In this document: one piece after another, positions 57,327 through 64,000 of the stretch
Layout of the letters: every line of letters begins with the position of its first letter
How positions within the stretch are numbered: the first letter of the stretch is position 1
Source: Vicinamibacterales bacterium
Lineage (GTDB): Bacteria; Acidobacteriota; Vicinamibacteria; Vicinamibacterales; UBA8438
Direction of reading: 5' to 3'
Assembly: GCA_965262985.1 (NCBI GenBank)
Contig: OZ253576.1
Coordinates: 2,057,213-2,121,212, forward strand
DNA: 64,000 bases
Position numbers and translations under genes: made by a program
The notes under the pieces: generated by a model
What the model saw: the letters and a program-made list of their open reading frames with translations, nothing else
What the model was told of the DNA's origin: nothing
The model's database searches: none

Positions 57327-57965
57327 ATGAGAATCCTGCAATTGCTCTGCGCCGTCATGCTGATGTGCCTGCTGAACGTCTCGCCGGCGGCCGCGCAGGC
57401 CTCCGAGATGACCTTCTTTCTGACGAGCGTCGGCTCGGGCGACGGCGCCAACCTCGGCGGTCTGGCAGGCGCCGACGCGCGCTGCCAGTCGCTCGCCGCG
57501 GCGGTGGGCGCGGGGGGCAAGACGTGGCGGGCCTATCTCAGCACCACCGGTTCCGGCGGCGTCAACGCGCGTGACCGCATCGGCTCGGGACCCTGGCAGA
57601 ACATCAACGGAGATGTCGTGGCCCGGGACGTCGATCAATTGCACGGCGAGAACAACCTGACGAAGGAGACGGTGCTCAACGAAAACGGCGGGATGACGAA
57701 CGGGCGCGGTGACGAACCGAACTATCACGACATTCTGACCGGTTCCCAACTCGGCGGGACCGCCATGTCCGGCAGTGACGACTCCACCTGCAGCAACTGG
57801 ACGTCGAACGGAACCGGAAGCGCCCTTGTCGGCCATTTCGACCGGGAGGGCGGTGGAGCGAACCCGACCTCCTGGAACTCGGCGCACGGGTCGCGCGGAT
57901 GCGGCCAGACCGACCTCCAGGGCACCGGCGGCAACGGGTATTTCTATTGCTTCGCGGCGAACTAG
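57327..57965 (+). CDS. Secreted Cys-containing protein with an endostatin-like (DUF1554-like) sequence pattern
   Basis: AAGGAG SD and a signal peptide. LGGLAGADARCQSLAAAVGAGGKTWRAYLST and C-terminal CSNWTS...GYFYCFA resemble my recollection of endostatin ([28 protein letters not shown] ... CETWRT...YIVLCIE). Confidence 0.7.
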   Translation: MRILQLLCAVMLMCLLNVSPAAAQASEMTFFLTSVGSGDGANLGGLAGADARCQSLAAAVGAGGKTWRAYLSTTGSGGVNARDRIGSGPWQNINGDVVARDVDQLHGENNLTKETVLNENGGMTNGRGDEPNYHDILTGSQLGGTAMSGSDDSTCSNWTSNGTGSALVGHFDREGGGANPTSWNSAHGSRGCGQTDLQGTGGNGYFYCFAAN

Positions 57966-57986
57966 CGACATTACCCTGAGGTGACA

Positions 57987-58027
57987 GGGCCACGACCGGC
58001 GCTCGCCGCGGCGAGCCGGCGTGGCCC
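57987..58027 (+). terminator. Strong GC hairpin downstream of 57327..57965 (possible terminator or processing site)
   Basis: GGGCCACGACCGGCGCTCGCC-GC-GGCGAGCCGGCGTGGCCC: about 19 bp of pairing with two bulges. It starts 22 nt after the stop codon. There is no T tract. Confidence 0.4.
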
Positions 58028-58051
58028 TCGCCGCCGTCATTCCGCCCCGCC

Positions 58052-60043
58052 ATGACCGGACGACGTGGACATCCACGCGTTCTCTCCCATCGCGCCGGCA
58101 TCGGCGAGACCGCCCCGGGGCCGTGGCGTCACCTCCCGATTGCCCTGCTCCTCATGGCAGCGGCTGCCGCCGGTCTGGCCGCGTTCGCAACGCGCGCCAC
58201 GAGCATTCCCGAACGCGACATCACTCAGCGTCCGATCCAGGTGAACGCAGAGGGCTACGTGTCCTCACAGACCTGCCAGGCCTGTCACCCCGCCGAGTAT
58301 GCAAGCTGGTACGGATCCTTCCATCGGACAATGACACAGGTCGCCACGCCCGAGACGGTGCGCGCCGATTTCGATGGGGTGCGGGTGGACAACACCCACG
58401 GCCGGCCGATGACGCTCGAACGTGACGGTGACGACTTCTGGGCCGAGTTCGACGATCCAGGCTGGGAGGGTCCGCCCGCCGAGCGCCCCCGGATCAGGCG
58501 ACAGGTGGTGATGATCACCGGTTCTCATCATCAGAACATCTACTGGTACGCCACCGGGCATGACCGGGGACTGAACATTCTACCGGCGGCCTATCTCATC
58601 GCAGAGCAGCAATGGGCGCCGCGCAGCGCCGTCGTGCTGCACCCGCCTGGTCAATCCCTGGCGATGCTGAACGGCCACTGGAACGCCGTCTGCATCGCGT
58701 GTCACACCACCCTGGGTAAGACGGCGTTCGATACACCGTTCCGATCAGCGCCGTTCGAATCGCAGGCGATAGACACGACGGTCACCGAGTTCGGCATCGC
58801 CTGCGAGTCCTGCCACGGCCCCGCGCAGGCGCATGTCGAGGCCAATCGGAACCCGCTCAGGCGTTATCAGCTTTATTTCGGCCAGACACAGGATCAGACC
58901 ATCGTATTGCCGACCCGCCTCGACCCCCAGCGCTCGTCCCAGGTCTGCGGCCAGTGCCACAGCGTGTGGGAGTTCTACGATCGCGCCGGCGAGCGCATCG
59001 CCAATCGCGACGGACTGCCCTATCGGCCGGGTGACGAACTTCGGGACACGCGGTTCATCGCCCAGCCATCGATCGACCGCGACTCTCAGGAATTGCGAGC
59101 CTTCGTGGACAGCGATCCAGAGTTCGTGCGGGGTTCGTTCTGGCCGGACGGCATGATTCGGGTGTCGGGCCGCGAGTACAACGGACTCATCGACTCTCCC
59201 TGCTTTCGGCGCGGAACGACGCCGGAACGCACCATGAGTTGTTTGTCATGTCACACGATGCACCAGCCTGCAGATGACCCGCGCCCGGTCAGCGAATGGG
59301 CCGATACGCATCAGGTGGCCGCGGACCGGACTGGCAATGACGCCTGTCTTCAGTGCCACGAACAGATCGGAACCGATCTCACGGCGCACACCCGCCACGA
59401 TGACGGCTCGTCCGGCAGCAGTTGCTACAACTGCCACATGCCGTACACCAGCTTCGGTCTGCTCAAGACGATTCGAAGCCATACGATCAGCAGCCCCGAT
59501 GCGGCCGAAACGATCGCCCACGGTCGGCCAAACGCGTGCAATCTGTGTCACCTGGACAAGACGCTCGGTTGGACCGCCGACCGCCTGAACGAGTGGTACG
59601 GCGCGCCGCCCCCGCCGCTGAGCGACGACGAGCAGCAGGTGGCGGCCGGGCTGCTGTGGATGCTGAAGGGCGACGCCGGACTGCGGGCGATCACTGCACA
59701 GAGCATGGGCTGGACACCGGCCCAGACCGCCTCCGGCACGAGCTGGATGGCGCCGCATCTGGCGGAGGCGCTGGGAGATCCGTACGAGGCGGTGCGCTTC
59801 ATCGCCGCGCGGTCTTTGCGCAGCCTGCCCGGATACGGCGACCTCGAATTCGATTTCGTCGGACCGGAACAGCAACGTATCGAGACCGCCGTACGGCTGC
59901 TGCGTGAATGGAGGAACGCTGCCGGCGCACGCGAGCGGCGCGAACCGGAGCTACTCGTCGACTCGACCGGTGAACTCCGTGTCGACGCGATGCGAGCCCT
60001 GTTCGACCAGCGCGACCGGCGTCCGCTGTTCCTGCGGGAGTGA
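58052..60043 (+). CDS. Membrane-anchored octaheme c-type cytochrome with a C-terminal HEAT-like repeat region
   Basis: Eight CxxCH motifs: CQACH, CIACH, CESCH, CGQCH, CLSCH, CLQCH, CYNCH, CNLCH. N-terminal TM helix (LPIALLLMAAAAAGLAAFA). Confidence 0.88.
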   Translation: MTGRRGHPRVLSHRAGIGETAPGPWRHLPIALLLMAAAAAGLAAFATRATSIPERDITQRPIQVNAEGYVSSQTCQACHPAEYASWYGSFHRTMTQVATPETVRADFDGVRVDNTHGRPMTLERDGDDFWAEFDDPGWEGPPAERPRIRRQVVMITGSHHQNIYWYATGHDRGLNILPAAYLIAEQQWAPRSAVVLHPPGQSLAMLNGHWNAVCIACHTTLGKTAFDTPFRSAPFESQAIDTTVTEFGIACESCHGPAQAHVEANRNPLRRYQLYFGQTQDQTIVLPTRLDPQRSSQVCGQCHSVWEFYDRAGERIANRDGLPYRPGDELRDTRFIAQPSIDRDSQELRAFVDSDPEFVRGSFWPDGMIRVSGREYNGLIDSPCFRRGTTPERTMSCLSCHTMHQPADDPRPVSEWADTHQVAADRTGNDACLQCHEQIGTDLTAHTRHDDGSSGSSCYNCHMPYTSFGLLKTIRSHTISSPDAAETIAHGRPNACNLCHLDKTLGWTADRLNEWYGAPPPPLSDDEQQVAAGLLWMLKGDAGLRAITAQSMGWTPAQTASGTSWMAPHLAEALGDPYEAVRFIAARSLRSLPGYGDLEFDFVGPEQQRIETAVRLLREWRNAAGARERREPELLVDSTGELRVDAMRALFDQRDRRPLFLRE

Positions 60044-60058
60044 CGGGATGACGCCTCG

Positions 60059-60514
60059 ATGAACTACGCCCGGCGCCACCTGCGATTCGGCTGGTGGTCG
60101 TTGCTCGGTTTTCTCCTGCTGGGCCTGACGCTCGAGTTGCTGCACGGCTTCAAGGTCGGATTCTATCTTGACGTGCCCAACGAGACCAGACGTCTCATGT
60201 GGACCCTCGCGCACGCACACGGGGCACTGCTCGGTCTGATCCACATCGCCTTCGGATGCTGTCTGCCGCACTGCACTCGATTCGCGCCGGCGGCGAAAGC
60301 TCGCGCGTCGTGGTGCCTGATCGGTGCGAGCGTGCTGCTGCCGGGCGGTTTCTTTGCAGGCGGTATGCAGATCTACGGCGGAGACCCTGGTCCCGGCATC
60401 CTGCTGGCGCCGGTCGGCGCCGCCTGCCTGCTGATCGCGGTGTTTCTCGTGGCGCGCGCGGCCGCCTCGGTCGAGGTGACAGATGGCACAACCCGGCAGA
60501 CCGGCCGCCGCTAG
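60059..60514 (+). CDS. Four-TM membrane protein with conserved His residues
   Basis: Starts 16 nt after the cytochrome stop. WWSLLGFLLLGLTLELLHG, LMWTLAHAHGALLGLIHIAFG. 151 aa. Confidence 0.65.
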   Translation: MNYARRHLRFGWWSLLGFLLLGLTLELLHGFKVGFYLDVPNETRRLMWTLAHAHGALLGLIHIAFGCCLPHCTRFAPAAKARASWCLIGASVLLPGGFFAGGMQIYGGDPGPGILLAPVGAACLLIAVFLVARAAASVEVTDGTTRQTGRR

Positions 60515-60532
60515 CCGCTCTCCCGGACCGGA

Positions 60533-60766
60533 CTTAGGAGCCCGTGGTGAAACCGCGCGTCGCACCGAGCGTGGCGAGGCGCCCGCGTGGCAAGGCGTGA
60601 CGAGGGAGCATATTGGGCATATGTGACCGAGGAGCCAAGCGGATCGGCAGGCTTTGATGCCGATCCGCAGGCCGTAGCGCTGTCCAGGCGGGGCAGGGAG
60701 CAAATTGGGAAATTTGCGACCGCATCGCCGCGCGAATGCCGCGGGGCTTTCACCACGGACTCCTAG
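60533..60766 (+). repeat. MITE-like palindromic intergenic element, copy D (long form, 234 bp, two cores plus an extra hairpin)
   Basis: CTTAGGAGCCCGTGGTGAAACCGCGCGTCGCACCGAGCG...GACGAGGGAGCATATTGGGCATATGTGACCGAGGAGCC...GCGGATCGGCAGGCTTTGATGCCGATCCGC...CAGGGAGCAAATTGGGAAATTTGCGACC...GGGGCTTTCACCACGGACTCCTAG. Confidence 0.9.
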
Positions 60767-61737
60767 CGAGTCACGGTGATGCTGACGTTTCCGTGCGAGA
60801 TCAGCATGGCGTCGCTGGCAAAGGCCCGCAACGTGTAGACGCCCGGCTCTTCGAACGTGACGGTGGTCTCGAACGTACCCGAGGTCCAACCGTCACCCTC
60901 CATTCCTTCTTCCCACTTCTGATACCCGTAGGGCTCGAACTCGGCGTCCGCGGGCCCGCGAAACACGCGCCAGAGCAGCGACAAGTTGTTCCGTGGGGGG
61001 GTCGGCTTCGAGTACTGCGGGATATTGTCCGGAATGGCCGGAGCGTCGTCCGGCGCCAACAACGTAGGATCGCGTCGCCGGGGCGGCGCGTCCGGATCCC
61101 GCTCCGGTACTGGACTCGGCAGTTCGTCGTCGGTCACCTGCGCCGTCAACGTCACCGGTTGTCCGACCTCGACGGATGTATGACTCACCTCCACGGTCAG
61201 GGTCGGCCACCCGTTGGCGTAGAGTTCGTCGACACCCCGCCCGAACCCGGTGCGGTTGTTCGACGTAATCGTGTTCACGTCGATCTCCCACTCAGGCTGC
61301 AACCAGCCATAGGCGTACTGCGTGCTCCCGTGCGTCGTCAGCTCCCAGACAAGCTCACCGTCCTGCGGAAAATCGGCCGGAACGAGTACCTCGAACTGAT
61401 ACCGGTTCGTGCGCGGATAGAAATAGGTGGACTGCCCGCGATCGGGTTCTCCCGGCGAAAAAAAATTGTCCTCCCCCACCGGCACGTTGGGACGTTCGCC
61501 GTAGTTCCGGTTCAGATAGCCGAAATGGAACCGGTAGCTTCCGTCGTCGTTGCCGGACCATCCTTCGAAGATGGGTTGGATATCCTGCCCCGAATTGAAG
61601 CGCTGCTGCGGCTGCGTCGCGATCGGCACGTCGCGGCGATTGATCTGCGCCGCGGCGCTGCCTGCCCCGCCAAGCAGCAGCATCACTACACCACCGGCGA
61701 GCGCCGCCACAGGCGTCAACCGGCCGACAGACTGCAT
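60763..61737 (-). CDS. Secreted hypothetical protein
   Basis: ATG at 61737, signal peptide (LTPVAALAGGVVMLLLGGAGSAAAQ), high GC3, beta-rich with an Ig-like C-terminal part. The stop TAG lies inside the terminal CTAG of repeat copy D. Confidence 0.7.
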   Translation of the reverse strand: MQSVGRLTPVAALAGGVVMLLLGGAGSAAAQINRRDVPIATQPQQRFNSGQDIQPIFEGWSGNDDGSYRFHFGYLNRNYGERPNVPVGEDNFFSPGEPDRGQSTYFYPRTNRYQFEVLVPADFPQDGELVWELTTHGSTQYAYGWLQPEWEIDVNTITSNNRTGFGRGVDELYANGWPTLTVEVSHTSVEVGQPVTLTAQVTDDELPSPVPERDPDAPPRRRDPTLLAPDDAPAIPDNIPQYSKPTPPRNNLSLLWRVFRGPADAEFEPYGYQKWEEGMEGDGWTSGTFETTVTFEEPGVYTLRAFASDAMLISHGNVSITVTR

Positions 61738-61886
61738 GGTCACGTTCGTATCCCCTTCCGGTCCGGTATCACCAGCGTCGAGACGACCCCGCGCCGCCTG
61801 CTGTGAAAAACCCTCTGCGGAAACCGTCCCGGCTCCCGCAGAGGGTGTGTCGTGCTCTACAACCGCCGCGCCGGAACCATCAACGC

Positions 61887-63149
61887 TCAGTCGTTGTCTG
61901 CTTTCCGGGCCTCGATCTCTGCCGCGTACTCCTCGTCTGACAGATCGTGCCAACTGATCCAGGCAAACGCCATCTCATCGACCGTCCGGCTGCCGCCGCC
62001 GGTCCAGTTCTTCGGGTCGTGGTTGCCCCGATTGGCGCCGGTGTTGTCGTGATAGCTGATGACGTGCAACGTCGTGCCGGCCGGATACACCGGGGTCGCA
62101 TCATTCTCGTAGTTGTAGACGATGTGCCAGTTGAAATCGAAGTTCGCGCAGTTCACCATTTCGGTGGAGCCGTTCGGATAGATCAGCTCCAGGCACTGGC
62201 GGGTGCCCAGGAAGTGCATGTGCGGCTGGAATCCGGTCAACCGGCCCGGCAGATACATCTTCTGATAGCCGTCGTGGCGGGTCACCTGCCCGGCGGGAAT
62301 GTCGAGCTCTCCGGCCTGACCGAGCTGCCGCGAATACAGGATGTGCTCAGGCTCGTATTCCTCGGGATAGAGGACGAGGCCGAGTTCCGTCTGGTCGGTC
62401 ACTTCTTCCCCGACCGAATGGTAGTGGAAGCTGAACCGCACCCGTGAGTCACTCGGGAACAAACGCCCGGTCCCGTCGGGATAGACGTCGGCGTTCTTGC
62501 CAACGGCGTACTCGTTGAGGAACGCATCCCCCGAGCTGTCGTTGAGCGGCGCGTCCTGCTCGGTGACCGCATAGGTCAGGGCATGATGCACGACGCGCAG
62601 GTCGCCGGCCTTGGTCTGGAGCGCCTTGATGTAGCGATCGTCAGGGATTCCCGATGGCACGATGTAGTCGCCCCACCAGTCACCCGCCTCGGACGGCACC
62701 GTGTGCGGCGGCGAGGTGACGATGACGTCCGGCTCAATCGTCCAGGCGCCGAACTCCGGGAATTCGACCGACGGCGGCGCCTCCTCTGGATTGCCCCTCG
62801 GCGCGCCGTTGGCCACCCAGGTGCTGATCGTTGCGATTTCGTCGTTGCTCAACGACCGGTCGTTCTTGAACTCCTGAATGCCAACCTTTGGATCGACATG
62901 CCAGGGGGGCATCTCCCGCGCCTCGACCTTGGTCCGGATCGACCGCGCCCAGGGCCGGGTCTCCTGGTAGCTCATCAGCGACATGGGCGCCATGTTGTTC
63001 GGGCGGTGACAGACCTGGCAAGAGCGCTGGAGAATCGGCTCGATGTCCTTGTGGAACGTCGGATTGTCCGGCACTTCCGCCGAAGCCGGCGCAGGAGCCG
63101 TGACCACCGCAACCGCCAGAAGCAGCAAGACTAGTCTGGCGTATTTCAT
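61887..63149 (-). CDS. Secreted heme c (CxxCH) domain fused to a copper type II monooxygenase-like (PHM/DBH-like) domain
   Basis: GGAGGTGAAGG SD and a signal peptide. Heme site FHKDIEPILQRSCQVCH. The His pattern VVHHALTY ... FHYHSV ... QPHMHFLG ... M resembles the CuH (HH..H) and CuM (HxH..M) sites. Confidence 0.78.
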   Translation of the reverse strand: MKYARLVLLLLAVAVVTAPAPASAEVPDNPTFHKDIEPILQRSCQVCHRPNNMAPMSLMSYQETRPWARSIRTKVEAREMPPWHVDPKVGIQEFKNDRSLSNDEIATISTWVANGAPRGNPEEAPPSVEFPEFGAWTIEPDVIVTSPPHTVPSEAGDWWGDYIVPSGIPDDRYIKALQTKAGDLRVVHHALTYAVTEQDAPLNDSSGDAFLNEYAVGKNADVYPDGTGRLFPSDSRVRFSFHYHSVGEEVTDQTELGLVLYPEEYEPEHILYSRQLGQAGELDIPAGQVTRHDGYQKMYLPGRLTGFQPHMHFLGTRQCLELIYPNGSTEMVNCANFDFNWHIVYNYENDATPVYPAGTTLHVISYHDNTGANRGNHDPKNWTGGGSRTVDEMAFAWISWHDLSDEEYAAEIEARKADND

Positions 63150-63389
63150 ACCTTCACCTCCAGAACATCATTGAACGCGGTGTGCTCGGGATAGACGGGC
63201 ACCCACCGCTGACACGGGCATCTTAGCTGCAATCGCGCCGGTTGTCCATACAGGAACTCGGGAACAGGTTGCATTTGCTCGACAGCTTCCGTCGCGGATG
63301 ACGAACGCCCGCAGCGCCTCCCGGCCCGCTGCACCGCGTCCCGTTCACCAGAATCCGGTTCGCGGCGCCGGTGGCGCCCGGCGCGGGTG

Positions 63390-63429
63390 TGGTACGATCG
63401 GTGGCTGGTGACGCCTGCCGCGTCACCAG
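63390..63429 (+). promoter_or_regulatory. Candidate extended -10 promoter plus a leader hairpin upstream of pntA
   Basis: TGGTACGAT (TGn+TACGAT) at 63390-63398, followed by a 10-bp stem CTGGTGACGC/GCGTCACCAG (63405-63429). It lies 26 nt upstream of the pntA ATG. Confidence 0.25.
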
Positions 63430-63454
63430 CGGTCCTCTCCTCAACAGTACCTGT

Positions 63455-64000
63455 ATGACCGTCGGCATTCCCGCAGAAACATACCCAGGCGAGCGCCGTG
63501 TCGCCACGATTCCGGCCGTCGTGCGGACCTTGACGAAGGCAGGGGTCGAGGTCCTCGTGGAGCGTGGCGCCGGTGTCGCAGCCGGGTTTCCGGACGACGC
63601 CTACGCCGAGGCGGGCTCCCGCCTTGCCGCGGACCGTGCGCAGCTCTTCGCCGACGCAGAGGTGATCCTGCAGGTGCGCGCCCTCGGCGCGAACCCGGTC
63701 GCCGGTCGGGACGACCTCGACCGGCTGCGTACAGGACAGACGGTCATCGGATTCTCGGAGCCGCTGGGTGAACCGGCGGCGGCCCGCGACCTGGCCGCCC
63801 GTGGCGTGACCGCGTTCTCGATGGAACTCATTCCCAGGATCACGCGTGCGCAAAGCATGGACGCGCTGTCTTCGATGGCCACCATCGCCGGATACAAGGC
63901 GGTGTTGCTGGCGGCCGGTACGCTGCCCCGCATGTTTCCCATGCTGATGACCGCGGCCGGCACCATCGCCCCGGCGCGCGTATTCGTGGTCGGTGCGGGG
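63455..64000 (+). CDS. pntA: NAD(P) transhydrogenase subunit alpha, N-terminal part (3' end lies outside the window)
   Basis: My own translation: MTVGIPAETYPGERRVATIPAVVRTLTKAGVEVLVERGAGVAAGFPDDAYAEAG...SMELIPRITRAQSMDALSSMATIAGYKAVLLAA...RVFVVGAG. It is missing from the ORF track because no stop codon falls inside the window. Confidence 0.9.
   Translation, partial: MTVGIPAETYPGERRVATIPAVVRTLTKAGVEVLVERGAGVAAGFPDDAYAEAGSRLAADRAQLFADAEVILQVRALGANPVAGRDDLDRLRTGQTVIGFSEPLGEPAAARDLAARGVTAFSMELIPRITRAQSMDALSSMATIAGYKAVLLAAGTLPRMFPMLMTAAGTIAPARVFVVGAG

Noticed and set aside
57153-58076. N-terminal 308 codons of track ORF 56721..58076 (-) and the first 173 codons of track ORF 56808..57965 (+)
   Set aside because: Only the FKBP domain (56721..57152) and the SD-preceded gene at 57327..57965 have a signal peptide and a sensible composition. 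The extensions overlap each other and the divergent spacer.
63146-63853. 235-aa minus-strand ORF
   Set aside because: Its 3' half is antisense to the clearly recognisable pntA N-terminus (63455 onward), and the rest covers the intergenic leader.

Overview
High-GC (roughly 65-70%) bacterial chromosomal window. The gene content (many secreted beta-propellers, c-type cytochromes, an M61 peptidase) suggests an Acidobacteriota- or Gemmatimonadota-like soil organism, but that is inference only. I can support about 55 protein-coding genes.

Housekeeping genes: groEL (3' end), selB, rnr, gatB, pckA, ispH, folK, dksA, ahcY, pcm, an mrp/apbC-like gene, and pntA (5' end; open to the window edge and missing from the ORF track).

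Envelope and transport genes: tonB-like, TolC plus MacA/MacB-type efflux, a YbbA/YbbP-like ABC pair with a TesA-like esterase, and cstA.

Accessory regions: a block of secreted hydrolases with three PQQ-like beta-propeller proteins (40.6-51.4 kb), and a block of secreted redox proteins (51.8-63.2 kb) that includes an octaheme cytochrome and a heme c/copper-monooxygenase-like fusion.

I found no rRNA, tRNA, CRISPR array, transposase or phage gene. Most long ORFs lying antisense to these genes are high-GC shadow ORFs.

The most unusual content is non-coding:
1. A five-copy family of 67-234 bp hairpin-forming intergenic elements, bounded by CTAG. They carry a conserved core hairpin with compensatory substitutions. 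Their ends overlap stop codons, one probable start codon and one uORF.
2. A second hairpin repeat, GGCAACC-ACAMG-GGTTGCC, present once and also as a 3.3-unit tandem array of 37 bp, both at convergent gene ends.

Other candidates worth a second look: a cstA / small Cys-Cys-tailed protein / ArsA-like ATPase trio; an AT-rich islet of small ORFs; an endostatin-like secreted protein; and a DnaJ-like protein without the HPD motif.
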